64,000 nucleotides of DNA from Azolla caroliniana (lineage: Eukaryota > Plantae > Polypodiophyta), in assembly GCA_043228905.1 (NCBI GenBank), contig JBHGNT010000018.1:8370001-8434000 (forward strand), given 5' to 3'. A program made the position numbers and the translations under genes. Numbering within the stretch: the stretch's first letter is position 1; every line of letters begins with the position of its first letter. Under the pieces are notes generated by a model. The model had not been told where the DNA came from. It ran no database searches and was given only the letters and a program-made list of their open reading frames with translations. This document shows, one piece after another, positions 1 through 14,645 of the stretch.

Positions 1-256
1 CACAGCTAATTAGCTGCATAAATAAGTCACTTATAACTTAGGTAAAAAAAGTAGGAGTAGAGAGTAGTAAGTTGTAGTTGTAAGAGGAGAAGGAAATATA
101 CGAGAGAGGTTCTCTCTTTATAATGAAATAGAAGCTTTTGGTTTTGCTACAGAGGTAAGTCTCCTTCCCCCTTCCTTTTCTGTCTTCAGCACATTAAAAG
201 ATCTAGCACATCATGATCCGTTGTGCACAAAGACGAGCCGAAGCACCTTCGTAATA
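1..256 (+). repeat. 5' LTR (partial) of Copia A
   Basis: Diverged direct repeat of ~4860-5114, directly followed by PBS. Confidence 0.9.
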
Positions 257-268
257 TGGTATCAGAGC
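257..268 (+). promoter_or_regulatory. PBS, initiator tRNA-Met type
   Basis: TGGTATCAGAGC directly after LTR. Confidence 0.95.
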
Positions 269-377
269 AGAGTTGCTCGTAAAGAAGATTAAAGCAGTAC
301 AGATCTCAGAAGTTTGGTTTTGGTTGCTGATCTGAATCAGAGAGTTGTCTGTGAAGTTAATCGTAGCAAAAGCCTAA

Positions 378-3300
378 TTGAAAAAGAGAATGGTTGTTGA
401 GAATGGAAGCCAAATCGTCATAGAAAAGTTGGATAAAAACAATTTCCCATTGTGGAAATTTAGAATCACAAATTTCCTAATGGGAAAAGGATATTGGGAC
501 TACATTGAAGGAGACCTAGAAGAGGCTCCAGAGATCCCTGAAGAAAATGCAATTACTGCACAGATTAAAACATTTAAGGAATGGAATGAAGGGGCAAGGA
601 AAGTATTGCATTGGCTCTCACTTTGCATCTCGGATTCGATGCTTGGACACATACAGGATGCCATGATTCCAAAAGAATCTTGGGATAGTTTAGTAACACT
701 ATTTGCAATGAACACAAAGGCTAGAAAACTTCAGTTGAAGACTGAGCTAAATACCTTGGATAAAGGTAAGATGTCAATGAATGAGTATGCTCTGAAAATA
801 AAGAGCATATGTGAACCACTTGTTTCTATTAATGTGAACGTAGAAGATGATGATAAGGTGGAAATATGCTTAAGACGCTTAGGACTTCAATATAAAAGCT
901 TCAAAACATCTATTCTCACAAGGGATAGCATCCCATGTTTTCAGATCTGGTTTCAATGCTTGTAGTGGAAGAAAGAAATTAGATGGATGATGTAAACAAA
1001 GGAAACTTTGAGACTGAGGGGCAAGCCCTCTACAATAGTGATGGAAGAGGTCGAGGAAGAGGCCATGGAAGATTTGGTTCAGCTAGAACCAACAACAATT
1101 ATCAAGGAAGAGGACAGCAGGCAATAAGTGGAAGAAATAACATCAAAGGCAAGGTCAGCAATCGAGGTAGAGGTAAGAAAACTTATTTGAATGATGATGG
1201 TTGTTGGTATTGTGGAAAACCATGACATACATAGGTTGAATGCTTTCAAAAGCAAAATGATGAAAAAAGAAGGAAGAGACTACAAAATAATTATGCTTCA
1301 ACTAGTGAAGACTATAATGAAGATGGTGCATTTGTGATGCAACATGAAACAACAGCAATGGCTGAATGTTCACAAAGATGTAATGAAGAGTTTTATGTGG
1401 TATGTAGATTTTGGGGCATCTAATCATATGACAGGACATGCAAATTGGTTTGAAAGTTTAAGAGAACCAGATATTCCTAGTTATATACAAACAGGTGATA
1501 ACACCACTCATACAATCGAGCATGTTGGAGATATCCCATTGTGGGAAGAAAAAGGGAAAACAAAGTATATGTTGAATGTGATGCATGTTCCAAACCTTGC
1601 AAAAATTTGATTTCCGTTGGACAATTAGTAGAGCAAGGAATGCAAGTTAAGTTTAAGCAAAGTGGATGCTTTATAAAGAAACAGGGAAAGCTTATTGCAA
1701 AAGGAAAATGACAAGGAAGGATGTTTGTGTTAGATGTGGATATGCCTAAAATGATTACAACCATGTTTGTAGAAGGAATGAGTGTAATCTCATATGTGGA
1801 AATGTGGCATAAAAGAATCGGTCACATAAGTATGCAAACCTTGAAAAATATGTCGAGGAAAAATACAGGGGTTGGACTGCTTAAGTTGAAAGACTGTGAG
1901 ATGAGCAAAATATGTAAAGCATACCAATATGGAAAGTAAAACAGGTTACCTTTCCCTCATGAAAGACATGTAAGCAAAAAAAAATTGGATTCGGTACATA
2001 TAGATGTATGGGGACCAACAAAAAATGCATCAGTTAGTGGATGCAGGTTCTATGTAACTTTTATTGATGATTGCTCAAGGAAAACATGGGTTTACTTCAT
2101 GAAAGAGAAAAGTGAAGTATTGGATTGCTTTCGTAAGTTTAAATGCATGGTAGAAAAGCAGGCTGGAACTAGAATAAAATGTTTAAGGTCTAATGGAGGA
2201 GGAGAATACTTCTCAAATGAATTTTCTGATTTTCTATGCAATCAAGGAATAAGGAGACAATTTACATGTAGATATACCCCACAACAAAATGGAGTTGCTA
2301 AGAGAAAAAACAGAACTCTGGTGAACATAGCAAGATCCATGATGACTGAAAAACATATGCCATTGTATTACTAGGCAGAAGCTGTAAACACAACAAACTT
2401 TATTCTAAATAGATGTATAACATCTGGAGTACATGAAGTAACTCCTGAAGAATTTTTCTATGGAAGGAAACCTAGTTTAAGATACTTTAAAGTGTTTGGA
2501 TGCCTTGCCTATGTTCATGTACCTACTAAAGTAAGAAGTAAGCTTGATCCAAAAGCTGAAAAATGTGTTTTTATTGGATATTCAGAGGAGCAAAAAGGGT
2601 ATAGATGTTATAACCCATTAACAAAATAGATTGTGGTAAGCCGTGATGTAATATTTGATGAGTTGGGCAAGTGGTACAACCCAAAAGAAAATGTAGAAAC
2701 TGATGAAAACAATGAAAATGAAGACATGAACAAATCTGAAAATGAAAGTGATAACCATGGAAATGGAAACAAGGTTGGACAACAAAGTTCAACATCGATA
2801 GCATGTACTGGACCATCTGGAAGCTTAGGTAGTAAGTCTGAATCTAATGCTTGGAGTGGAAAAAATGTAGGACACAAAAAATATGATGATAGAAAGGGAA
2901 AACAGAAGATGCCAAAATATAAAATGCTTGATGTTGGGTCTAGAAACATGGAAGATGTAGATTCAGATACATCATTGGATGATGAACTTGGTACAGGAGC
3001 CTTGGAAATCCTTGGTATGGAAAAGGCAATGAAAGATGCAAATAAAAAACAGAGAAGATCAGATAGAGAGAAAAAGACTATTGAAAGATTTGGTTATGAT
3101 ACATACATGTCTAAAGTGATACAAATCCTTGATCCAAATAATTTTGATGAAGCAAAATCTGATAAGAAATGGATGAATGCAATGCAAGAAGAAATAGATG
3201 CATTGGCTGAAAACGGAACATGGGATTTGGTGAAGTTACTGAAAGAAAAAAATGTTGTAGGTCGCAAATGGGTTCACAAAACAAAGCATGATTCAAATGG

Positions 3301-4687
3301 AATTGTTCAAATGGGATATGCCTAAATGCAATGAATTGATTATCATGAAACGTTTGCACCGGTTGCAAAGATAGCAACATTGAGGACACTACTTGTTGTG
3401 AGTGTAGCCAAAAGATGGGTGTTGCACCATATGGATGTAAAAAATGCTTTTTTACATGGTAACTTGGAAGAAGAAGTGTATATGTGTCAACCACCATGTT
3501 TTGAAGATAAGAAGCATCCAGAATATGTTTGTAAGCTGAAAAAGGCTCTCTATGAACTGAAACAAGCACCGAGAGCATGGCATAAAGAACTTTCAGAATC
3601 TCTGAAAAAAATTGCATTCAAAATGCCAAAAGTTGATCCATCACTGTATGTAAAGAAGATAAATGATTGCATTGTTGTTATCTTGATATATGTTGATGAC
3701 TTAATCATTGGAGGCGATTCTATGGATGAAATAAGGAAGCTTAAGAAAAATCTTGAAATGCAATTTCATATGAAAGATTTGGGAGAGTTGAGATACTTTC
3801 TTGGTATTGCGATGATCATATCTAAAAGTGGTATATATATGTTGCAAAAACAGTATGCAACGACTATGTTGAAGAAGTATGGTATGCTTGAATGCAAACC
3901 TATTGATGTACCATTGGATAAGAACTGCAAATTGAGGGCTGGTTTGGAAGCCAAAATAGAAGATGTAAACATGTATAGGTCCATGGTGGGCAGCCTCATA
4001 TATTTGACTATAACAAGTTCTAATTTGAGTTATGCAGTTGGATTAGTCAGCTAGTTTATGCAACAACCAACAAAGCCACATTTGGACTGCATTAGAATTC
4101 TGAGGTATGTAAAAGCTACTCAGAACTATGGACTGTTTTATAGGGCTGATCTGGACATAAAGCTGGAAGGATATACATATGTTGATTGGGATGGAAGCCA
4201 AACTGATAGAAGATCCACAAGTGGATATATGTTTACATTGGGAAGTGCAGTCATTTCATGGAATAGCAAGAAACAAGCTATTGTTGCATTGTCAAGTACT
4301 GAAGCTGAGTATAGAGGAGCTACAATAGCCACTTGTGAAGAGGTATGGATTACAAGATTTCTTGTTGATTTGGGAGAATATATAGATAGTGAAGTCACAA
4401 TTTGGTGTGACAATATGAGTAGCATTCAGCTGGCAAAAAACCCAGTGTTCCATGCAAGAACAAAGCACATTGAAGTGCATTATCACTTTGTTAGAGAAAA
4501 AGTGATTGATGGAGAAGTGGATCTGTTGTATGTAAGCCCAAATCAGCAAGTGGCTTATATTCTTACAAAGGGATTGAGCATGGAAAAACATGCACGGTTT
4601 AGAGACATGATGGGAGTTATAACCATTGACATGATAGCTGAAAAGCATAAAGAAAAGAAGATTGAAGATGATCCCAAGAAAGGATAA
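378..4687 (+). pseudogene. Copia gag-pol, fragmented by stops and frameshifts
   Basis: IEKLDKNNF gag, CWYCGKP knuckle, WYVDFGASNHM protease, HIDVWGP/TPQQNG integrase, MDVKNAFLHG/YVDD RT, HARTKHIE RNase H. Confidence 0.95.
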
Positions 4688-4705
4688 GTTGAGCTTGAGG
4701 GGGAG

Positions 4706-5114
4706 TGTTGACAAACAAGCTCAACAAAGGTATGTGATGCATATTGGTAAGTGAGATCTTCTATAGTAGCTATTGGGAAATTAGCTACTATTAGGCATGT
4801 GGGTAAAACAACTATTTAGCTACTCACAGCTATTTAGCTATTCATAGCTAATTAGCTACTCACAACTAATTAGCTGTATATATAAGTCACTTATAACTTA
4901 GGTAAAAAAGTAGGAGTAGAGAGTAGTAAGTTGTAGTTGTAAGAGAAGTAGAAAATAGACAAGAGAGGTTCTCCCTGTATAATGAAATAGAAGCTTTTGG
5001 TTTTGCTACAATGGTAAGTCTCCTTCCCCTTCCTTTTCTGTCTTGAGCACATTAAACGATCTAGCACATCACAATCCGTTGTGCACAAAGAAGAGCCAAA
5101 GCGCCTTCGTACCA
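4706..5114 (+). repeat. 3' LTR of Copia A
   Basis: TGTTG...ACCA after PPT; internal TAGCTA repeats. Confidence 0.9.
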
Positions 5115-6510
5115 ATGACTACTACAGATGTTGGGCAAGAAAGTTTTCTTAGGGATATCTGATGAGCTTGGGCAAACTTCCTATCCATTATGCAAGAATT
5201 GGATCCGGAATCTAACAATGCTAAGACATGTGCTAGAGGGGTACTTTTAGTACTAATTGTTACTTGAGTTAAGAACACACTGCTAACTTGTTTAGAGGGA
5301 ATGGAACCACTAATGGGTTGCATAAATCTTGGGTTGTCCAACCAAACGGCTCCTATTTTGGCTGAACTTAGCCGTTTAACTCTTCTTCTAATTGACTAAG
5401 GACTTCAAATTCCTTGATAGACTAGGGCTATTAGTACTATTAGGACTATCAGAAACTCCTAATGAAATATATTGGGGTTTAGTACAACCTACTATTTGAT
5501 TTACATGTCTTATTGGCCTATGTGGACAGTTTGATGCGATATGCCCTAGTCCTCCGCAATAAAGACATAATCAATTTGCTCGGAGTCGTTGCTTTTCTTT
5601 TTCCGACAATGGTCCACGAAGACGTGTGGTGTCGATTTCCATCAGTGTTGGAGTATTTGCCAGAGATACATTGTATTACTCCCTTGCAAATGGTTTTGCT
5701 GCGATCGAGGCATATGTGGGCTCTGACTTGGTCCTTGGCATTTGTAACTGGCATTCCGAATGACATTCGAAAAGCCAGTTATCACATCGTACCGCTCAAT
5801 TAATTGTCTTTGTGAGGGATTTTGGTTCTTCACGGAAAGTCAAGAGTAAGTCCTTGACATCATTTCGTAGGCCGTATCGAAATGGTTGCATCAATGCTTG
5901 ATCATCCCAAGGGATATCAGAGGCGAATAGATGGAAATCTCCAGTGCAAGTGGAGGCTGGACAATCACCTTGACATAATCGTCTGATTTTGTTGATTGAC
6001 GTCCTTACGCTATTAGTATCTCCAAAACATGCTTTAAACTCACTTATAAACTCTTCAAATTTATTTAGTAATGGAGATTCCTTTTCTAACAATGAAGCAA
6101 ACCATGCCAAAGTTGAGCCACTTCGCAACGGGCCTACTCAACCCACTCGTGATGCATCGATGGGATATCGAGAAGGATGCATTTGAATGACTAATCATAC
6201 CTGATTAAGGAATCCTCTGAATTGTGATCGCGTTCCATTGAATTTTAAAGGAAGGCCGATCTTGGGTTCTCTATGAATCCCTTGAGTACTTGGTCCTTGT
6301 TGTTGCAACGCTACAATGGTTGCTTCAAGTTGTTGCACGCGTAATGCCATCTCCCCATGTTGTTGCGTTTGCGGCTTTTCTAAAGAGATTTGTTGAAGAT
6401 CCCCCAATAGTCGTTGATTTCCTTGTTCCAATGCGAGAAACATTTTTTTCAAGCACTACAACTCCAAGAAAACGGATGGATATTCTTGAGCGCTAACGGT
6501 TGCCATAGTA
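5115..6510 (-). pseudogene. Gypsy gag and protease, degenerate
   Basis: ORFs 6195-6452, 5796-6128 and 5069-5341 align by eye with the intact gag/PR of element at 40207. Confidence 0.9.
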
Positions 6511-6581
6511 TTAGAGAAAAGAGGGATAGGAGGATTAGTATGAAAAAAGGGAGGAGTAAGATAGAGTAATTTGGTTCAAAT

Positions 6582-7107
6582 TGTCAAGAATAGTACTAAA
6601 GATGGAGAGGGAATTAGTACTAGAGCTAGAGGAGGATGAGTACTATGAGTACTTAAGAGGAAAAGATGGTCTAGAATTCACGAGAGAGAGAGAGAGAGAA
6701 GATAGCAATAGAAGATATATATTATATGGAGAATGATACAAGAATAACTAGGAGGGTTACGACTCGCGTTGAACTGAATTGGTTCGAAATAATGCCTTGT
6801 GCCTCTTTTTATAGTGTTCTCAGGAGTACTCCTAAAGTTTCTAGAATGTTCCAAAGAAATCTAACATGTACATCAATTTTCTATAGTGAAATAATAAATG
6901 AAAACAATATATTTTGTATTTATTTTATTTTATTTTTTTAACATAAACTACACCATAGTTTCCATTACCAATGCAATAAGCAAATACAAACCTATAAGCA
7001 ATATTCTTTGTATTACAATGTATAGCTTAATGGTAGGGCTTCAACCCATGTGACACAAGGTCATGAGCTTAAATCCTTTTAAAGCCATACCACGCTATAT
7101 CATGACA
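6582..7107 (-). repeat. 5' LTR of Gypsy B
   Basis: Termini TGTCATGAT...CTTGACA match LTR 40207-40677; TATA at ~6806-6813. Confidence 0.85.
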
Positions 7108-7538
7108 ACGAGTCAGACATGTTGACCAATGTGTTGTCAACTAAGAAGTTGAACGTGTGATGGGGACGGATCAGATTGACCAGACATCCCATGCCGGAGT
7201 GAAGGGGGAGTTTGTTAGAAAAACGGTCCCTCCAGATGGGAACCGGACGAGCCAGATCGGATGAGTCGGAGTAAGATATCCCATCCCAGAGTGAAGGGGG
7301 AGTTTGTTGGAAATACGGTCCCTCCGGATGGGAACCGGACAAGCCGGATCGAATGAGTCGCAGGAAGAAACTGGACTGGATCGATCCAGAAGATATCCAG
7401 CCAGTGTGAACCAGTAGTAGGGACATATTAGTAAGTATGTTCGGATGTGCCTGTTGAGGCTATACTTGTAAATAGCCCGAAAGTTATATGAGTATGAATA
7501 ACTAGGGCAAAATTTATAGAGTGTTCTTGTTAAATTGT
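7108..7538 (+). mobile_element. Copia C 3' end (RNase H end, duplicated PPT/LTR start, 3' LTR; LTR resumes at 22290-22387)
   Basis: DMLTNVLSTKKL RH tail; GAAGGGGGAG-TT-TGTT twice (7201, 7293); LTR split by Gypsy E with TSD ATTGT. Confidence 0.75.
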
Positions 7539-7887
7539 TGTTATGCACACATAACATAGGTGAGGTTTACATAAGTGAAGGCTATGTTCACTAATGTTAA
7601 AAAGGGGACTAATGTGATTGGATAGAAGGAATGATAGATGCATGCACTATCATGATTTGGACAACCAATGAATGGAGAGCCTTTTAGAAATGCACATCTA
7701 TTCAAGGGGCTTAGGAAAAGGTATAAATATGAGGCTTAGCTACCCTCATAAGCATATTACGTCGGAAGCCAGCTGTCTTAGACACTGATGGTGTGGGCTA
7801 GGCTTTTGTCTCGACGATCATCTTTATCTCTTCCAAGGTATTAGTCATCCTAATATCCGGCGGTATGGGATGTCGGTGGTAGGTTGG

Positions 7888-10036
7888 CCCGGGGGCTTCA
7901 CTGTCAAAACTTGTATGATAGCACGTGAGTTCATCAAAAGTGGTTTAATTTAATCAGTGAGATACAGAATATATATATATATGTGGGTATTAATAAAGAT
8001 TTGAAAATATATTTACATAAGGGTATTATCAATTATGCTGGAAAAAAAAATTACATAAGCCCATGAAATATTAGATATTTCAATGAGATAGTAAAGAATA
8101 TACTATACAAACAATACTCAAATTTAGAGTAGCATACATACATACATACATATACCTACATTCAAACATTACATCCATGAATATGTATATACATACATTA
8201 CACCCATTTATACATGCATATTGACTAAACATGAATATATGTCGAAATATGTATTACCATATGTAAATATGTACATACACATACATGCATGCATTACATA
8301 CTACATACATAATAGAATCGGCCATATATATTGACATAGGAGTATACATAATACATACATAAAAATTACATATTACATATATACATACACATTCTCACAA
8401 ATATATTTTATATATTACATATTACACACATATATTATTATACACACAATTATATACAAATGCAAATATACAAACCAAACACAAAAAAATGAAGTACATA
8501 TTATATATACACACATACATACACATATACACACATTCCATACATACAATGCAATACAATATATATACATACATACATACATACATACATACACACACGA
8601 ACATAACACACATCACACATGCATACCACATACATGCATATATACCTACATTCATATATCGCACATCACACATGCGTATATACTTGTACATTCAAACATT
8701 ACATCCATGAATATGTATATACATACATTACACCCATTTATACATGCATACTGACTAAACATAAATATATGTACAAATATATATTACCATATGTAAATAT
8801 GTACATACACATACATACATGCATTACATACTACATACATATTAGAATCAAGTTTCAACCATATATATTGACATACATATATACATGTAACATAATACAT
8901 ACAATAAAATTACATATGACATACATACATACACAAATGCATATATACATACAAAACACAGAAAAATAAATTACATATTATATATACACACACACATACA
9001 TATTAATACCTAAGGCTACATATTATATGTATACAAATCTTCATACTTACAAACAAGTTACATATATATACACATGCACACACATAAATAAATTAGATAT
9101 TACATAGCATATAATCCATACCTATTACACAATATACAAATTTACACATACATAAATTACATATATACATATATAGATATATTACATATGTAAATACATA
9201 TTCCACATATCACCGTATATATAGATTATACAGGACCATACAAACCACAATAGTTACATACACACACACATTAGGTATAATATGTATACTTACACATACA
9301 TTGGATATATACATGCATATTACGTACATATTACAAACATACATCCATATACGAACCATATACATACTAAACATGAAAATATCCCAAAAATATACATACA
9401 TAAATACATTACAATTTACATATATACGCATACATACATTCATACATTTACATACATATGACCACATACACACATACATAAACATACACATACATACATT
9501 GGATATATACATACATATTATGCACATATTACAAACACATTCATACTCATTGAATCATGTATATAGACAAATACATATATGCATACACATACATACATAC
9601 ATATTCCACATATCACCATATATATATACATATGCCTACAATGTTATAAGTTTTACAAGCATACATCCATACACATATATACATATATACATGCATTACA
9701 TACATGCATACACATAAATATTTTACATACACATACATACGTACATTACATATGTACATACATATCATCACAAACTACAATACATACATATATATATAAA
9801 TATTACGAACAAAAATCCACACACTCATGTATGCATATATGCATATGCCATACACTATACACATACAAACATACATACATTACATATTACATATATACAT
9901 AATACACATGTACATTCATGCATGTACATACATACATTGCATATGCATATATTACAATCACACATTCATATACATTGAGTCATGTACATTGACATATGGA
10001 TATATGCATACACCTACACATATGCACACATGCGCG

Positions 10037-10106
<70 letters not shown>

Positions 10107-11763
10107 TACATACATACATTACATATGGATATATGCATACACAACATACATTACATATGGATATATGCATACACATACATACATTACGTATGCATACACA
10201 TATGTACATTTGTACATAGACATACCTATATTCATTTATACATTGCTACATATACATACATTAGATATATACATAAATATTATGCATAGATTACACATCC
10301 ATACACATTGAATCATGTACATTGTCATATGGATATATGAATACACATACATACACAGATAAATTACATATGGATATATGCATACACATATGTACATTCG
10401 TACATGGACATACATATATTCATTTATACATTGCTACATATACATACACATATATACATTAGATATATACATATATATTATGTACATATTACAATCACAC
10501 ATCCATATACATTGAATCATGTACAGTTACATATGCATATATGCATACACATACATACATACATTACATATATGCATACACATATGTACATTAGATATAT
10601 ACATATATATTATGTACATATTACAATCACACATCCATATACATTGAATCATGTACAGTTACATATGCATATATGCATACACATACATACATACATTACA
10701 TATATGCATACACATATGTACATTTGTACATGAATATTTGAATGTTATGTTTAGTATGTATGTATGTGCACGTAATGTATGCATGCATGAATGAATGAAT
10801 ATATATATATATAATGTATGCATAAAATATGTATGCTTGCATGAATAAACATGAATGAATGGTTTAAGTTAAACTATAAAAGCGATAAGTTATAAAAGTG
10901 AAAACATTCTAAAGAAAAAATAAAAATAATGTGGGAGAGGGGTTTGAATGAGAATAAGAAAAAATGGGTAAGGGCTAGGGCTAGAAAGAGGAGAAAGTAG
11001 GGGAGGGGTAGGGCTGAAAATAGGAGAAAGTTGGGGAGGGGCAGGGCTTAGAATATAAAGATTTTTACAAGGGGTGAGTACATAAGCCGGTGACAAATAT
11101 AACACCGTGCTATGCGATAGAGTGTAGGGTTGGAGATACAACATGAATAAAAATGAAATACAAAATCTCGGCTACCATGTGTAGTCCCGGACATATGAAC
11201 TACAAGAGAAAGAAAGAGATATAAACGGGAATGCATTGCTACTAAATGTAGTCTCATGCTTACAAACAATATATATTATACATACACATACATACATATT
11301 ACAACAAACATCCACACACACATATATGTATTATGCATACACATACACATACATTACATATTACATATATACACATATGTACATTCATATATTCATTCAT
11401 TCATGTTTATTCATGCAAGCATACATTACGTGCACATACATACATACATACATACATACTAAACATAATATTCAAACATTCATGTTTTTTTAAATTTAGA
11501 TTTTTGCCGCCTCCTACTTTGCTCTACCTCCTCGTCTCTCCTCATTGTTGTTGTCGCCTCTTCTCCCCTTGTTGCTTCTGTCCTCGTTTTGCTGTCGCCG
11601 CCGCTCGCCTTGTCGTGCCAATTTTGCTCACCATTATTCTCTGTTGGGGCTGCCACAAGTACTCTACAAATATTTTACAGGTACACATAAGTACAAACAT
11701 CATACATAAAACAACACATAAATTCTTAGACTTACACACACTCACGTACATACATACATACAT

Positions 11764-11798
<35 letters not shown>

Positions 11799-12079
11799 AC
11801 GTATACAATCATACACACATGCCATACATACAATATATACAATAAACAAAATTAATACAATACAATACAATATGTACATACATACACACATACCTATATA
11901 CACTGACATACATACACATTTACACATAACACATACATACAATACAATATGTACACACAAACACACAAACATAACACACATCACACATGCTATACATACA
12001 ATAAATACAATACAATACAATATGTACATATATATTACACACATACCTATATACACATGCAATACAATACAATACTTAT

Positions 12080-12122
<43 letters not shown>

Positions 12123-13206
12123 CATGCATGCATACATACACACACAACACACATGCATACCACATACAAACATATACGATGTATGGAACATGCATACACA
12201 CACACAAACATAAAACACAACAGACATGCATACCACATACAAACATATATGATGTATGGAACATACATACACACAAATCACACATGAATACCACATTCAC
12301 AATGCACACATACACACATACACACATATATATGATGTATGGTTATATGAAAAGTGATAGGTGGGTCATTCTATTTGTAGATAATGGATGAAGAATCTAT
12401 TATTGAAGTGTTTGAACATGAGAGGGATGATGAAGATAAACCTTTGGGCATTGTAAGTGTGAGAGGAACTCTTACATATGCAAAGTTCCGAGTCGAAATA
12501 ATTGAGGACAGTATATTTTATGAACCATTTTCCTTTGTGTACACAAAAAATAATATTTTGAATGGGAAACAAGAAGAGAAAAAATAATGTTACGGCTTCA
12601 TATGAGTCTATCCATGAAATTAAACATAAGGTTAATTTGTTAGTAATTTCATTATTGATATGCATTTTGGATTGTTCCACATTTGCTCTTTGAGACATAT
12701 ATATCAAGTTCAAGATTGTTTTATTGTAAATTACATTTTTTTTTATCACGCTATATTCTTCATATGTCTCAATAAACTAAACAAAAAACTTATATGCGGC
12801 TTATATATGTTATACCTCTAGTGTTTTGGGTAATGTTTCCTAATTGTGTGTGCATTACTTTGTACTTTACACATTGTGTTTTCAATCTATGTGGCACTTG
12901 ATGAAGCATCTCTAGGAATTGCATATGATGTTTAATGTTCATTCATAATTTTGCGAGTCATCAATTGTAAAGGCGGTCATTGATCCTTTTTAGAATTGGA
13001 AACTATGTGTGCATGTATATTTTATATGTAAGGGTATTTAAAATGGGTGGTTATCAAAAAATATATTTGTAGTAAGGGGTATTTTTATTAATCTTTTTTC
13101 TACAAAAGGGTCACTAAAATAGTAAAAACCATACGTATAAGGGGTTTATAAATGATGTCATTAACACACGTGATACACCTGTCTTATATATAGTGGAGTC
13201 CCCGGG
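7888..13206. mobile_element. Unclassified TIR DNA element filled with CA/TA microsatellite, inserted in Gypsy E LTR
   Basis: TIR CCCGGGGGCTTCACT / CCCGGGGACTCCACT; 8-bp TSD TAGGTTGG (7880-7887, 13207-13214); uninterrupted LTR sequence visible at ~22150-22180. Confidence 0.85.
8130..12335. repeat. Compound (CA)n/(TA)n/(CATA)n low-complexity array with internal block duplications
   Basis: Direct inspection; e.g. 8140-8400 vs 8680-8940, and 10455-10590 vs 10590-10730. Confidence 0.95.
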
Positions 13207-13499
13207 TAGGTTGGTTATGTCTAGATCATAGCTCGGGGGTGGTTGGGTGGAATGAGTTCTTCTATCCAATCTATTTTCCTTCTTTTACTTTATTTTGGTC
13301 TATTGATTAGTAATAGACTCTTAACAGTCGTATTAGAGCATTTACTAACATTTGTTTTTATGGTGTTTTGATGTTTTTTGCGTGTGAGCGATAGGGATCT
13401 AACAAGGCACACCTCATGGCCCTTTTGCATATGATGTTGAGTATGGCACCCTTCCCTTTATTGACCCATCACTTGGCCGATTCTATGGGATGTTGATAC

Positions 13500-14645
13500 G
13501 AAAAGGTAATCGTCAGATTCGCATTGCCGAGAATGATATTCCTAAAACCGCTTTTCTTGCATGTTATGGCCATTATGAGTTTTTAGTCATACCTTTCGGT
13601 TGACTAATGCTCCAGCCACATTCCAACAAGCGATAAATAACATTTTCCGAGATCAACTCGGTGATTTTGTTGTTGTCTTCTTGGAGTATATTCTCATATA
13701 TAGTCGTACCTTGCAAGATCATGTTCAACATGTTCGATTTGTTTTGCAAAAGTTGTGTGACAACTCTTTCTATCCAAAACATTCAAAATGAGATATTTTC
13801 CACAAATCTATTGTGTACCTAGGTCATTTAATTACGGAAAATTGTGTTAAAATTGAACCTTCTCGTATTGAAAAAGTTAAACTTTGGCCGATTCATCGTA
13901 ATATTCGTGAACTTCGATCATTCTTAGGATTTGTTGGATTTTTATGAAAATCAATTCGTAATTATTCGAAATTGACTACGCCATTAATTGACCGTTTAAA
14001 AGGTCATCCACGTAAGTCTGTCAAACCAATTTCATGGAATGAACAACTTGACAAATCATTTGAGACACTCAAAGAGCATGTGTGTTAGGCTCCAACTCTT
14101 CTATTACCAAACCCTTCCAAGCCTTTCTCCATCAAAACTGATGCTAGTGCTTATGCTATTGGTGGTGTCCTTTATGACGGTGGTCACCGTATTTCTTTTG
14201 AAAGTAAAAAGCTTGATGCTACTCAATCTTGTTATTCGGTTCAAGAAAAAGAGTTGTTCGTGGTAATACATGCACTAAAAACATGGAGGCATTATCTCTA
14301 TGGAAATCAATTTGTGGTTACAACAGACCATCAACCCTTGAAGTTTTTTTGTGACCAACCAGATCTTTTTGTTCATAATGGCCTTTGGGTTGACCAACCA
14401 GATTTTGATTTTTCCATACGGTATCCCAAGGGTTCTATGAACACCGTTGTGGTTGCTCGTAGTCGCATTAAAGAAGTTAACATGCTTAGCTTCAACGATC
14501 TGATCTTTTAGATCACCTTCGAGGGAAATACCTTGATGACAGTTATTTCTCGACATACTAGACGAAAACCAAATCAGCTTTAGATGTTGTTACTAGCACC
14601 CTACCGTCGAAGGCGACATTTCACATGACAAATAGTTTGCTCTAT
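13500..14645 (+). pseudogene. Gypsy E pol (RT-RNase H); continues 21770-22135 (integrase start)
   Basis: [26 protein letters not shown]; Zn-binding CFQCQ and SISMDFI after the nested insertion. Confidence 0.9.

Larger units (their letters stand above)
1..5114 (+). mobile_element. Ty1/Copia LTR retrotransposon A (degenerate; 5' LTR truncated by window edge)
   Basis: 1-256 repeats the end of 4706-5114; PBS TGGTATCAGAGC at 257-268; PPT GAGGGGGAG at 4697-4705; domain order gag-PR-INT-RT-RH. Confidence 0.95.
5115..7107 (-). mobile_element. Ty3/Gypsy chromovirus (Tcn1-like) B, 5' part; interrupted in protease by Copia A
   Basis: gag (REPKIGLPLKFNG...) and LLDSGSNSC protease homologous to 40766-42318; 5' LTR 6582-7107 with TGTCA/TGACA ends. 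Confidence 0.9.

Noticed and set aside
8415-12391. Many H/T/Y/I- and C/V/M-rich ORFs
   Set aside because: Translations of CA/TA simple repeats
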